From a virus: a stretch of 64,000 nt of DNA. Positions 1 to 10,229 of the stretch are shown here, piece after piece; within the stretch, counting starts at the first letter, position 1; each line of letters begins with the position of its first letter. A program made the translations under genes and the position numbers. Under the pieces are notes generated by a model. The model made no database searches and had not been told where the DNA came from. It saw nothing but the letters and a program-made list of their open reading frames with translations. The stretch spans positions 32,001 through 96,000 of IMG/VR virus record IMGVR_UViG_3300043777_000086; one strand, written 5' to 3'.

Positions 1-2
1 GC

Positions 3-728
3 CGCCACCCCGCAACGATAATTGTCTGAGGAGTTGATACTAAACTGCATCGAGGCGGTGTAGTTGGTCGCCACGGATACGATTTGATCCTGACTTGCAG
101 CAGGCTGAAAGCTTGAATCGTTGGTTTGCTGATTCTGAATGGTGAACCCGGTTGCCGCCGTAAAGGTTGCTGTTCCGCTACCTCCGTTTGAAACCGAGCA
201 TGCTCCTATAATCACGTCATTGGCGTTGGTTGTGGTGATGGATCCGGGACTCATTGGAGTTCCGCCGGTACACGGAGCACAAGTGCCTCCCGCCCCGGCT
301 GAGGTATCCACGGGAGAGGAGCTTACCACGCCGGAGTACTCCATCACTAGCGCCGTCAGGAATGCTGTGGTTCCGGCCTTGCAGGTCACTGTGAATGTTC
401 CGGTTGACCCGCTCACTATACTCCACCAGAGCCCTATGCTTACATCTGTGGAGCCGGCCTGGTTGCCGGTAGCGGCAGCTACGTTGTTGTACGTATTACC
501 GGACTGATTGTCGGTTGGGGTCGTCCAGGTCTGCGTCGTGGCAGCCGAGCACCAGATTACGATTAGATTCCCAACTGTTGGGGTTGACGTGAATGAACAT
601 GCCTCGGAAGTAACGGCACTACTAGAGGAGCACACGCCTTGGGTTGTGGACCCGGATGTAGCTGGCTGAATGCGCGTAATTGTCGCCCAGGCGGGCAGGG
701 AACATAAGACCAATAGAAGAGCCTTCAT
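3..728 (-). CDS. Secreted Ser/Thr-rich beta-sandwich protein, fibre-tip-like (partial, runs off left edge)
   Basis: Not in ORF track; manual translation from ATG 728: MKALLLVLCSLPAWA|TITRIQ...PTVGNLIVIWC...TDNQSGNTY...MEYSGV; frame open to window edge; 1 nt after upstream stop. Confidence 0.8.
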   Translation of the reverse strand, partial: MKALLLVLCSLPAWATITRIQPATSGSTTQGVCSSSSAVTSEACSFTSTPTVGNLIVIWCSAATTQTWTTPTDNQSGNTYNNVAAATGNQAGSTDVSIGLWWSIVSGSTGTFTVTCKAGTTAFLTALVMEYSGVVSSSPVDTSAGAGGTCAPCTGGTPMSPGSITTTNANDVIIGACSVSNGGSGTATFTAATGFTIQNQQTNDSSFQPAASQDQIVSVATNYTASMQFSINSSDNYRCGVA

Positions 729-729
729 A

Positions 730-3700
730 TTAGTTCGCCTGGACCGCCAGGAGCCTGGGGATCGTTACCGTAACTAACTGAAGATTAGCCACCGCGGTAG
801 CCGACGAAGTCGAGGCAATCTTGATATTCATCACATTACCTCCGGAGCAATTAGTCATGCTGGTCGAGTTCAACTGAAGCGTTTGGGTGTATGGCGTGTT
901 GGCTGTGGTGCCCGTCGTCGTGGTGGTGAATGTCTGTGCTGTCTGAAAGCTAGGGTCGTCTGTGGTGGTAGAGCATCCGATCGCCACCGAGAATGCGATC
1001 ACCTGGGATCCAGTTGCTGCGTTCTGCGTGTAGTTGATGCGGACGTAGGGGTCGGTGGCGGTATCCCAATCCGAGGGAACCTCGAGCTGGGATTGGGCGC
1101 TCTGGACGCTTGCGGCGAACTGAAGATAGCCGGTCTGTAGATTGGTGCCGGTGCGGCAAAACGGGGTCGGTGCCGCGCTGGTTGGTAGCGACATTCCAGC
1201 TCCCGCCGTGGTGTTATTGCAGTTGGCCGGGACGATCTGCTTGACGTCAGGGAAGTCTATGAAGGTTGGGGATCCAGCCCCCCCGGATAGCGCTACCTGC
1301 TTGGCTGTGCCCGCAGCGCTTGAGCTTATGGCGGACGTGCTTGATCCGTATACGATCCCTCCGCTGGTTACCGAGGCCGGAATCGTTAACCCATTAATGC
1401 TCGTCTGATTCGCAAGGGCGGCCGGTAGATCAGCAGTCCCGATCGACTCATAACCCGGTGCCGCGGTCGACCCGGTGTTATTCATCCAGGCTTTATGGGC
1501 ACCGGCCGTGGCGAGCGTGGCGGTGATCGCCCCGGTCGAAGAAGAGTTCGAAATAAACGTTCCGTCCCCGCTGAATGAAGTTACCGGGGCTCCACCGATC
1601 GTCCCGGTGGCGATCTGCCCGGTGATCGAGGGCGATCCCGTTGCTGTGCTCCACGTAGCCTGGAAGTCAATCGTATGGCTCGTAGTGGTGTTAATGCTGA
1701 ATGTGGCGGTGTTAGCTAAGGACCCATCCGCTGGCGTCAGGGATGTTACTGAAGACGGATTGATCTGGAATGCACAAACAGCAATCGCCGTTCCTCCGGA
1801 TCCCGTGGTACGCGTGGTGATCTGACAGCCAGGCGTATTCCAGGATCCGTTCGTGACGGCTGTGGAAGGTAGAGTCAGCGCGCCGGTAGTGGCGATCGAA
1901 GATCCGTCGATTAATAACGTGATCGTCAGCGTTCCGATGTAAGCGCTCGGGATCGATACAACCCCTCCGAAGTTCAGGCTAAGCGGAGTATTCGTGATCA
2001 GCGTATTAGCGGGGATAGTCTGGGCTCCTCCGCCGATTAGGGAGGTGGCGGAAGTTCCTGTGTCCGTAGCTGAGGAGGTCGCATTGAATACGCTCGCTCC
2101 GGCAGATCCACCTCCGCCACCCCCGCTCGATGCGATCGTGAGTCCATTGGAGGCCGGGGTGAATGTCACGTTCGTGCCAGCTACGGGGGGAGCATTTCCG
2201 AAATAATTGGTGCCGTCCGACCAGAACGCGATCGGCTGATAGGAGATCAAGACAGGGACGCTCGATGCCCCATTGAAGTTCTTGGAATTTAGGGAAACCG
2301 TAGCTACTGAACTGCCGATGGACTCGATCGCCCCGTAGTATCCGTTGGTCGGGGATCCGTACAGGGTAACAGAGCAGGGAGAAGCGCAGTTCATTACCAC
2401 TGTCTTTCCAAGGTCCCCGGCAACTAGAGTGTAGTTTCCGGTCTGGGTATTTTCAGCCCCGCTCACCGTGCAGGTTGATCCGAGGGTGCAGGTCTGTCCG
2501 TTTACCGTGGAGGAGCTATTTGCCAGGGCTGCGTTCGGTACCGCCTCGTATGTGACGGTATTCGAGGCGGTGACCACAGGGACCGTATTTGTGGATGGCG
2601 TCGCCCCGTAGCTTACCCCGTTGACTTTAGCCACAGTGGCCGCCAGGGATCCGGCCGAGCTTATCACATCTCCGGTCAACTGAAGAGTGAACCAGGCGAA
2701 TTGACTAACGTTCGAGGTCGGCGCCGGGAACAACATGATCTGATTGGCGGCTGGAACAGCATTAGGAGTCTCAAGTAAGACCGAAGTGGTTATCGTTGTG
2801 GGGCAGGTCCACCCAAACGAGTTGCTACCTGCGGTTGCCGCAGTGCCCTGCGCGCACTGCCATGCTCCGGCTACGCCGCTGCCGGATCCTGTCGTAACTG
2901 AGGAGGTGGTGGAGATTGGCTCCGTGGTCGAGACCGTGGTTCCGTTGTCGGTTATGGAGGTGTTCTCGCAAGCCGAAGAGCCATTAGATGCCTGAACAAC
3001 CCCCGCTGATCCCGAGGGGATACACCCAGATCCAGACCCGGTGTACTGCGGGATATTCAAAGTCCCGGAGGTGAACGTGGCTGCACCTGAAGTACCCGTG
3101 GTGGTGAGGGTGAATGGTGCCGTGAAAGCCCCGTTGCCGTTCAGGAACGTGGTCGTGGTTCCTGGGAGGATCGGAAGGAATCCGTGGGCGCTAGTGGAGG
3201 CGTTGTTCGTGGTGATATTGGTCAGTGCCAATGCCGCTTCCGCTAAAGTTCCCCCTCCGGCCGAGTTCTGATGGTTATGGTTGGCATTTACGAACGAGGC
3301 GATCGTAGGCGTGGTCAGGGTTTTATTGGTAAGGGTATCGGTTGTGCCGCGACCGACAAAAGTGTCCGTCGCATCCTGAATAGTCCAGACCCGATTCGCC
3401 GTAGGAGTGCCAGTCAGCTCAATCGAATCGGTACCAAAGGTCGACGACCCATAGAGATAGATATTTCTCCACGCAGTCGCCGCGGCGCCGAGGTCGAGGG
3501 TGGTCTGCGGTATCAGTGATAGGTTAATGGAAACAGAAGCCAAGTTCGATAGGGCTGTATTAGCACCACCCCCACCACTGCCGCAATCCGATCCGGTACC
3601 GGTGATCAAACCTGCGGAATTGGCGTGTAGACATTGGATTCCGGAAGCAACATCACTGAGCGTCAACCCCGAAGCCGTGGGGTTGGTCAACGTCTTGTTG

Positions 3701-4806
3701 GTTAGTGTGTCCGTGGTAGCCCGACCCACGAATGTGTCAGAGGAATTCTGGATGGTCCAGACACGCGCAGCGGTCGGGGTCCCGGTGATTTCGATCGAGT
3801 CCGTCCCGAAGGTGGTCCCTCCGTAGAGAAATATATTAGTGAACGGAGTTGAGGCGGCGCCCAGCGCTACTCCGGCCTGCGGCACGAGCGACGTGTTGAT
3901 CGAAACGGACGCGAGGTTTGACAGTGCCGTGTTAGCTCCGCCGCTACCCGTTCCGCAGTCAGTCCCCGTGCCTGTTATGAGGCCGGCTGAGTTGGCATGC
4001 AAACACTGTATCCCAGAAGCCACATCGCTCAGCGTCAGCGCCGATACGCTCGGGGCTGTGATCGTTTTATTGGTTAGAGTTTGCGTAGCTGCGATTGCAG
4101 TCAGAGTCCCACCCCCCGTAGGGAATGTCCACGTACTCGAAGAGGGGATCGCAAAGGTGGGGTTGAAGGCGCCCGTGAAGGTTACGTTCCCGGATAGGGT
4201 CAGAGTGTCTGATCCGTTATTAACCCCCGTCCCTCCGTTGGTGCCCCCAAGGATCCCGGTTACGTCTGCGGTAAGGGACACCAGCGAGCTAGTACAGACC
4301 TGCGTGCTGCCCGCGAAGTGGCAGATGCCCACACCTGGCGCGATTGCCGTCACCACATTGGCCGTGACGATGCCACTGTCCACTGGTGTATTGGTGGCTC
4401 CGAACCCGACCAGGTGGCCGTTGGTCCCAGCAAAAGCCGTGCCGTTCAATAGACCGGCATTGATAATTCCACCGCCCGTAAAGGTCAGCGTCGTCCCCGT
4501 GCCGACCGTGTACGTGTTGCCGGTGGTGTTGGTCCCTCCGGTTAGCGTCGTCCACGCCGCGGATACCGTGCCGCCGCCCATCGTACTCCAGGTGTTTGTC
4601 GCAGAGCAGTAATAGGGTGTGGCGGCCCCCGCCGTGAAGACCACATACACCTGACCGTTACCAGGTACGCAGGTGGACGGAAGCCCAGACCCTGTGACGA
4701 TCCGGCGAGTGATAGCAGATCCTCCGCCTGGGGTGATCTGGGCCTGCAAAAGTCCGAACCCGGACAAAAGCAGGACCAGAACCTTAAAGTACGTCGCCAT
4801 CCGCAT
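730..4806 (-). CDS. Long mosaic tail-fibre-like protein with N-terminal signal peptide (1358 aa)
   Basis: MRMATYFKVLVLLLSGFGLLQA|Q; TLTNKT fibre repeats, NTQTGNYTLVAGDLGK module, G/S/T-rich; AGGAG RBS. Confidence 0.8.
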   Translation of the reverse strand: MRMATYFKVLVLLLSGFGLLQAQITPGGGSAITRRIVTGSGLPSTCVPGNGQVYVVFTAGAATPYYCSATNTWSTMGGGTVSAAWTTLTGGTNTTGNTYTVGTGTTLTFTGGGIINAGLLNGTAFAGTNGHLVGFGATNTPVDSGIVTANVVTAIAPGVGICHFAGSTQVCTSSLVSLTADVTGILGGTNGGTGVNNGSDTLTLSGNVTFTGAFNPTFAIPSSSTWTFPTGGGTLTAIAATQTLTNKTITAPSVSALTLSDVASGIQCLHANSAGLITGTGTDCGTGSGGANTALSNLASVSINTSLVPQAGVALGAASTPFTNIFLYGGTTFGTDSIEITGTPTAARVWTIQNSSDTFVGRATTDTLTNKTLTNPTASGLTLSDVASGIQCLHANSAGLITGTGSDCGSGGGGANTALSNLASVSINLSLIPQTTLDLGAAATAWRNIYLYGSSTFGTDSIELTGTPTANRVWTIQDATDTFVGRGTTDTLTNKTLTTPTIASFVNANHNHQNSAGGGTLAEAALALTNITTNNASTSAHGFLPILPGTTTTFLNGNGAFTAPFTLTTTGTSGAATFTSGTLNIPQYTGSGSGCIPSGSAGVVQASNGSSACENTSITDNGTTVSTTEPISTTSSVTTGSGSGVAGAWQCAQGTAATAGSNSFGWTCPTTITTSVLLETPNAVPAANQIMLFPAPTSNVSQFAWFTLQLTGDVISSAGSLAATVAKVNGVSYGATPSTNTVPVVTASNTVTYEAVPNAALANSSSTVNGQTCTLGSTCTVSGAENTQTGNYTLVAGDLGKTVVMNCASPCSVTLYGSPTNGYYGAIESIGSSVATVSLNSKNFNGASSVPVLISYQPIAFWSDGTNYFGNAPPVAGTNVTFTPASNGLTIASSGGGGGGSAGASVFNATSSATDTGTSATSLIGGGAQTIPANTLITNTPLSLNFGGVVSIPSAYIGTLTITLLIDGSSIATTGALTLPSTAVTNGSWNTPGCQITTRTTGSGGTAIAVCAFQINPSSVTSLTPADGSLANTATFSINTTTSHTIDFQATWSTATGSPSITGQIATGTIGGAPVTSFSGDGTFISNSSSTGAITATLATAGAHKAWMNNTGSTAAPGYESIGTADLPAALANQTSINGLTIPASVTSGGIVYGSSTSAISSSAAGTAKQVALSGGAGSPTFIDFPDVKQIVPANCNNTTAGAGMSLPTSAAPTPFCRTGTNLQTGYLQFAASVQSAQSQLEVPSDWDTATDPYVRINYTQNAATGSQVIAFSVAIGCSTTTDDPSFQTAQTFTTTTTGTTANTPYTQTLQLNSTSMTNCSGGNVMNIKIASTSSATAVANLQLVTVTIPRLLAVQAN
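3337..4080 (-). repeat. Tandem internal duplication (~372 nt, ~124 aa) in the fibre gene
   Basis: Two copies of TLTNKT...LTLSDVASGIQCLHANSAGLITGTG.DCG...ANTALSNLASVSIN...FGTDSIE.TGTPTA.RVWTIQ...DTFVGR.TTD. Confidence 0.9.
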
Positions 4807-5191
4807 GACATGAATCTCCTGCGCTCTCGATCACGATCTGAAACTGACCCGCCCAATACACGTTTGCTTTTTGAGAATCGCCTATCGCCCAAGCTTCACC
4901 GGGGTCGATCGCTCGAATTACGCCGCCCGTAATTGGGCCACCGGGGGTCTGTATGAATGTGCTGCCTTCATTGAAGGGGGCAACCCCCCAGCACACAAAA
5001 ATACGCCCGGTGTTATTTGCATTCGCCTTGATCTCCAGTTTATTGAGTTGTAGATCATCCTGGCTGTTAGGGTTGCCGAAGGCATTGGCTGGTAGATTAG
5101 AGGTGAGCCGTAGCGCATGCGTGTCTCCGATCCCGGTCGGGGCCAGAAGTCCAAAGAACACCGGCTTAGAGAGTGGTTGAAATTGTGCCAT
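4784..5191 (-). CDS. Small cytoplasmic virion protein, possible fibre-docking jelly-roll
   Basis: 135 aa, IKANANNTGRIFV motif typical of small phage beta-sandwich proteins; directly upstream of fibre; no signal peptide. Confidence 0.55.
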   Translation of the reverse strand: MAQFQPLSKPVFFGLLAPTGIGDTHALRLTSNLPANAFGNPNSQDDLQLNKLEIKANANNTGRIFVCWGVAPFNEGSTFIQTPGGPITGGVIRAIDPGEAWAIGDSQKANVYWAGQFQIVIESAGDSCHADGDVL

Positions 5192-5194
5192 ACT

Positions 5195-5395
5195 TTAATC
5201 CCTGCGCTTTGCGCGCTTCCCTTTCCTCTTACCTGAAGATCTTCCGACAACCGCATTGGCGGCCCTAATGGCGCTACCTTCGGATGCCCCGCGCTTGAGC
5301 ATCGAATCCGCTACGTGCGACCACTGCCTTTTCTTCTTTGGGCTACTGGCTTTACGCGTGAACCTCTTGGCTGACTGTGGAGTCCATGGCATCAC
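5195..5395 (-). CDS. Small basic ChaB-like protein
   Basis: MPWT...QWSHVADSMLKRGASEGSAIRAANAVV plus K/R-rich tail; overlaps upstream stop. Confidence 0.6.
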   Translation of the reverse strand: MMPWTPQSAKRFTRKASSPKKKRQWSHVADSMLKRGASEGSAIRAANAVVGRSSGKRKGKRAKRRD

Positions 5396-7065
5396 TGCAC
5401 CCTAGCTTTCGGCGGAGTACTTGGCCTACGCGCGTACAGCAATAGGTCAGTGATCGCGGAGATGTACTTGTCGAGATCATCAACCAAGTCCGCCTTGTGG
5501 ATCGGATACTCACGCCCCTCGCTTGGCCGTTCTCCCATCTGGCTTTGAATGTGCGCCTCGCCTACCCTACGCGTAACCGATGCCTTCGGCTCGTCCTGCG
5601 CGATACTGAACGTGATCTCACCCTCATGGCCTAGAAGCGACCGCTTGATGACCTGGAGTCTCTGAACCTCCTGCACGAGCTGCTCGTTTGGGATCGAAGA
5701 GAAATCCACGATCGCACTCGCCGGTACGCCGTGTTTTTCTGCGATCTGATTCGCTTCGTTGGCGGATACCCTGGTCTGCGCTCGGGGGTCTGGCACGTAC
5801 CCGCTCGGACCTTCTTCAATCGCACCGCGCACGGGTGGCGGTCCGCCGATTGATTCCTGAATCCTGCCGGGAGTGGGGATAGTCTCCCCCGAGGCGCTGC
5901 TGCCGACAATCTGCCTGGATCGTGGCGCAGGCGTTGGGGGTTCTTCGTAGCCAGGACGTACGGTAGGCGGTCCGACTTTCTGTTCTGGCTGCCTCGCTAC
6001 TTCCCTAGGTCCCACTCTGACTAGCTCTCCGCCTGGGGGCCGCTTGGATTTAGCTTTGGAAGGCGCCGGGATCTCCTTGGGTTTTTCTCCTTCGCGTACC
6101 GGACCCACTTCCTCGCTCTCAATCCCCATCTTTTTGATCGTCTCGGACACCTGAGAGTTAAGCTGCTTAAACCGCGCCTGCGCCTCCGGGGGTAGGGATT
6201 GGGAAGACTTGTACTGGTCCATCTCGCGCAATAGATCACGGAGCTTGGAGCGCGCTTCGCGGGCGGCTGGGGGTATTCCCTCGTCTGCTTTCGAGAGCGG
6301 TCCGGATTCCTTATCGAGACCCATTGCCCGCTGCCCTGTCTTTGTGAATGGCAACGCCGCGAGAGTCTGGCTGATCGCGGAAATCACCTTAGCCGCGCCC
6401 TCTGGGGTCCTATTAGGATCCTGAGCCCATGACAGAGCCATATCAGCAGAGTCTGCCGCCTTGTACGCCGAATAGAGTCCTGCGCCTTTTTGCCCGATCC
6501 ACTTCATGAGACCGGCGATCCGCGGCGCATACTTTCCGAGCACGCCTTCGATGGGGCCGGCTACTAACGCGGTCGCTATGCCGGCAGGAGTTTGCGCGGC
6601 ATCCATCGTCTTGCCCGTCTCGCGCATCAATCCCTCAACAAACCTCCCATGGCTAATCAACGGCAGCGGCCCGTACATCGTCGATTCGACCGCCGCCTTA
6701 ACCACAGGAGGAGCTTTCTCGGTGAATCGCTTCACAGCCCCTTCGGCCGATACATCCGAGACTCCCGCTGCATTCCCGATCTGCTGGGTTACGGGAGTGA
6801 AGGCAACATCCTTGGCCTTCTGGGTCCCCGCTCCCGGTCTGACCTCGGGAGGTTTGGATTCATCAGCCAACTGGTAGCGGCTCGCAAAACTAGGCTCGGA
6901 GGTGATCGCCTTCAGGAGTTGATCCCTTGATACCCCGCCGGGATTGCTCGACTGGAGCTGGCGGAACAACTGCCGCGCGTGATTGTTCTGCGGGTCGGGA
7001 TCCTTAATCATCCCCACAAACGATTCGATCACCTGATCCGAGCCAATTTGTTGCTTATCGGCCAC
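5392..7065 (-). CDS. Putative ejection/internal virion protein (557 aa)
   Basis: Helical Ala-rich N-half, Pro-rich C-half; last gene of ejection cluster. Confidence 0.55.
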   Translation of the reverse strand: MADKQQIGSDQVIESFVGMIKDPDPQNNHARQLFRQLQSSNPGGVSRDQLLKAITSEPSFASRYQLADESKPPEVRPGAGTQKAKDVAFTPVTQQIGNAAGVSDVSAEGAVKRFTEKAPPVVKAAVESTMYGPLPLISHGRFVEGLMRETGKTMDAAQTPAGIATALVAGPIEGVLGKYAPRIAGLMKWIGQKGAGLYSAYKAADSADMALSWAQDPNRTPEGAAKVISAISQTLAALPFTKTGQRAMGLDKESGPLSKADEGIPPAAREARSKLRDLLREMDQYKSSQSLPPEAQARFKQLNSQVSETIKKMGIESEEVGPVREGEKPKEIPAPSKAKSKRPPGGELVRVGPREVARQPEQKVGPPTVRPGYEEPPTPAPRSRQIVGSSASGETIPTPGRIQESIGGPPPVRGAIEEGPSGYVPDPRAQTRVSANEANQIAEKHGVPASAIVDFSSIPNEQLVQEVQRLQVIKRSLLGHEGEITFSIAQDEPKASVTRRVGEAHIQSQMGERPSEGREYPIHKADLVDDLDKYISAITDLLLYARRPSTPPKARVQ

Positions 7066-10000
7066 CGACCACCTGTCCCTTTACGTTGTACACCTCCGGC
7101 AGGGGCTGCGCTCTCTTGCGCTGCGTGCCCAAGTACTTGCGCCATTCCTGGATGATCGCGCGAGGGCTCAGCTTATTCGAATCGGCAACCTTGAGGATAA
7201 TGTTGGCCGCCTCTATATCGTTGGATTTCATGGCTGAAATATAGGCTTCTTTTGCGCGAGTATAGCTGAGTCCCTGCCTCGTCGGTAGACCGGCCACATT
7301 AAATAGCATGCTCGCCCCGCCCGGCATCGGGTAGAGCTGGGAGAAACGCTTATCGTTGATAGCCCTGATGGGATCCCTGGCGGAGAAGGGCACGAACATC
7401 GGAAGCGCCAACTCCATGCGTTGAATGTTCTTCTGGAGGGGGGTGCCGTACTTATCGACGTACTCGAATCCGGTTACGGGATCCACGCCGTACGCCGCGG
7501 CTCCGGCCGCCTGTACCGGCCCAGAGAGGGCGTTCATCATCCAGTCGTGCGGGTCCATGGCGAGCTTCACTGGATCCGTAAGGCCCTTTCCCCAGTTGAC
7601 ATACCGCTCGGATCCGTTCGGCATGTAGCCCATCGGAATCGCGAAGGAGTTGGATGTCAGCCCGGTGTCGTGACTCCCGAACCTAATCGGCACTCCCGGA
7701 TTGTCCCAGGTGAAGTGCCCGCCCTCCTTGCCGTTCTTGTCCTTGTTCTTGAAGATCGAACTCGATAGATACGATCCAACCTGCATACTGAGGAACCAGG
7801 TCAGAGCCGCGCCGCGAGCATAATTCGTAGCGACCTCCCGGCCGAGCGACCCCTCAAACGCCTGAGTGAATACCCGAAGGTTTGAAATCTTCCATCCAGG
7901 CGCAAGAAAGATCCAGTTCATCATTTGGGCGACCTTGGGGTTGACGAGCATTTTCTCCCAACTGATGGCTCCGTATGCGTCGTTCACCTGGGCGGCCACG
8001 GCGCGCTTGATCGCCGTAACCTCCGCAGGAGTTCGCGGCTGGGCGCGCTCGATCATACTCGACACTCCGGATTCGTAGGAGTGCGCCATATTGGCCGGCA
8101 AATAGAAATCCCATAGAGACTTCTCGATCACGTGGTTCATGTGCCCCATGGCGCGGATGGGGGCCGTCACGGCCTTCTTCCATCCGGTCTGGTCCTTGCC
8201 CATGTTCTGCATGAAATTACGTGAAGATCGTTCGGCATCATCGATCTCTAGGCGCACGCCGTGATGCAGCATGTCGCGAACAAAATCCGAGTTCAGTCGG
8301 AAGATCGGAAGCTCATCGCCCTTGCCTTTGCCTATCACTTCCGCGATGCCTGTACGTGCGCCCTTGTAGATTTCAGGATCCGCGAACCACCATCTCGTGA
8401 GACCCTTGAGGGCTCCGGATGTAGATGCCGTCATAGCCTGGGACTGCTCGGTGATCGCCCAGTTGTGGAATAGTGAACCATAGAGGTTTAATCTCTTCCC
8501 AAATGAACGGACCTGGTCGATGGTCTTGAACGCAGGGGAATTGAATCGGCTTCCGAAGATTGCCTTTGCGGCCATCGCCATCTGGGGGTGAACGTACACC
8601 GGCTGGTAGCGATAGAAGGACTTTTCGATACGAACGTCCTTGCCGCGGATCTGCTTGATCTCTTCCTCTGAGGCTTGGAATGCCGCGCGGTTCAGTGCCG
8701 GGGCATCGTCTAACTTTACCCAGTCATCCAAATGGAGCGCGTTCTTCTGCTGCTCGGTGGCGACTGCTCCGATGTCATTTAGAGTGTTAGCCATCCTCTG
8801 GTTGGCAATGACGCGCGTCAGGTAGTTCCAGCGTACGCGTACGACGTCGAGGACGTCATTGTACTTAGGGACCCATCCGGCCTTGATGCCAGCCTCGTAG
8901 TCCTCGAACACCTTTTGTTTTAGGAAGCGATCGTGCATCAGCGTCTGTGCTGCGCGACCAGCCGGAGTTCCGCGGTTGGGCATCTCCCAGATCTGAGTCA
9001 GGTACTCATTGGGATCGGCCAGTTGCAGATCATTGCCGTAGTACTGCTTCAGAAGATTAGCGGATTCGTGATTTAGCTTCTGAATCACCTCAACGGCCTG
9101 CTGGCCCTTCGGCGACAAAGAGCTTTTGGGGGCAGTGCCCTGGATGACCGCCGCCATCTGGTTAGTGGGCTCTGGCTTGCCGTCAGCACCCATTTTGTAG
9201 ATGGTGCGCTCCTCCGCTGGAACAGATTCCTTAATTGGATGGAGTACGCTTTCAACCCGGAACTTATTCTCAGACTCAAATGCAGCTCGGTCCTCGACAA
9301 AATCCTTAGAGATGGACACCAACTCCGGGGTCTTTATATGAAGCATACGGGCTACGTCGCCCACAATCGGAGTCTGATGAACCGCGTCGAGTTTGAGCTT
9401 CTTCTCCCAGAATCCCTTGGGCGCAGCGATCTCATTCAGGACGTCGACTTTACTCTCAAGGATCTTGGTAGCGCTTGGGGGTTTGTCGCCCTCTTCGGTG
9501 TACGGCGCCGTACTCTTTAGGCGCTCCACTGCCTCACGGCGTCCGACTTCGGATTTTGCGCGCTCCCCCACGGACTCCTTGAGCCTAGCCGCTGCGGCAG
9601 GCGCTTCGATCTTCTCGATCGTCTTTGCCCCTTTGACGCCCGAGTACGCTTGGGCAAGGGCCACAACCACATGCGAGAGGTTCTCGGGACGAGGATCGTC
9701 CCTGTAAGCCTTAAGCGCATCCACAGCCTGCTTCCCCGCAAAGGCCGTGAATCCATAGTCGAGGATCGGCGCGAAGCGTCTCGTCTGCGGAGTAACGTGT
9801 AGCGTGATAAGCCCGATACCGGCCGGGGAGGTCATGAAGTCCAGCGCGCCAGGGGCCGCCTTGTAGGTTTCCGCCAGGAACCGGGAGATATAGTCCCCCT
9901 CATGGGACTGCCGCACAGACTCGGGGATAATGGCTTCGAGCGCTTTACGGAACCCAGAGTCTTCGTAGCGTTCCGAAAACCCCTTACCGCCTCCAATTGT

Positions 10001-10228
10001 CAGCACGGACTTAGTCAGAAACGAGCCGGTCGTTTTCGCTGGACGCTCCGGCGGAGGGGACGCCGCGGAGTCCTTTTTTAGGTAACGATCGAATGAGGAT
10101 CCGAAGTCGCCGACTGGAGCGGGGGGCTTGTCAGGCTTCTTGGGTTGGCTATCAGGCGGGTTCCCAGCCTTTTTTTGCGACAGATAGCGATCAAACGCAG
10201 ACCCGAAGTCACCCTGCTGGTCCGCCAC
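7055..10228 (-). CDS. Large ejection (DNA-injection) protein (1057 aa)
   Basis: Size, helical composition, N-terminal DFGSxFDRYL repeats, hydrophobic C-terminal segments, position after GNAT/pilot genes. Confidence 0.7.
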   Translation of the reverse strand: MADQQGDFGSAFDRYLSQKKAGNPPDSQPKKPDKPPAPVGDFGSSFDRYLKKDSAASPPPERPAKTTGSFLTKSVLTIGGGKGFSERYEDSGFRKALEAIIPESVRQSHEGDYISRFLAETYKAAPGALDFMTSPAGIGLITLHVTPQTRRFAPILDYGFTAFAGKQAVDALKAYRDDPRPENLSHVVVALAQAYSGVKGAKTIEKIEAPAAAARLKESVGERAKSEVGRREAVERLKSTAPYTEEGDKPPSATKILESKVDVLNEIAAPKGFWEKKLKLDAVHQTPIVGDVARMLHIKTPELVSISKDFVEDRAAFESENKFRVESVLHPIKESVPAEERTIYKMGADGKPEPTNQMAAVIQGTAPKSSLSPKGQQAVEVIQKLNHESANLLKQYYGNDLQLADPNEYLTQIWEMPNRGTPAGRAAQTLMHDRFLKQKVFEDYEAGIKAGWVPKYNDVLDVVRVRWNYLTRVIANQRMANTLNDIGAVATEQQKNALHLDDWVKLDDAPALNRAAFQASEEEIKQIRGKDVRIEKSFYRYQPVYVHPQMAMAAKAIFGSRFNSPAFKTIDQVRSFGKRLNLYGSLFHNWAITEQSQAMTASTSGALKGLTRWWFADPEIYKGARTGIAEVIGKGKGDELPIFRLNSDFVRDMLHHGVRLEIDDAERSSRNFMQNMGKDQTGWKKAVTAPIRAMGHMNHVIEKSLWDFYLPANMAHSYESGVSSMIERAQPRTPAEVTAIKRAVAAQVNDAYGAISWEKMLVNPKVAQMMNWIFLAPGWKISNLRVFTQAFEGSLGREVATNYARGAALTWFLSMQVGSYLSSSIFKNKDKNGKEGGHFTWDNPGVPIRFGSHDTGLTSNSFAIPMGYMPNGSERYVNWGKGLTDPVKLAMDPHDWMMNALSGPVQAAGAAAYGVDPVTGFEYVDKYGTPLQKNIQRMELALPMFVPFSARDPIRAINDKRFSQLYPMPGGASMLFNVAGLPTRQGLSYTRAKEAYISAMKSNDIEAANIILKVADSNKLSPRAIIQEWRKYLGTQRKRAQPLPEVYNVKGQVVGGR

Positions 10229-10229
10229 T

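Noticed and set aside
139-4612. Many Val/Pro-rich plus-strand ORFs (e.g. 3839-4612), and similar ones at 30851-31726, 40933-41919 and 56407-57342
   Set aside because: Antisense shadows of Gly/Thr/Ala-rich or otherwise well-supported minus-strand genes; no RBS or motifs.
7055-10228. Tape-measure protein or virion RNA polymerase
   Set aside because: No tail tube or chaperone genes and no DxDGD motif; context fits a podovirus ejection protein.
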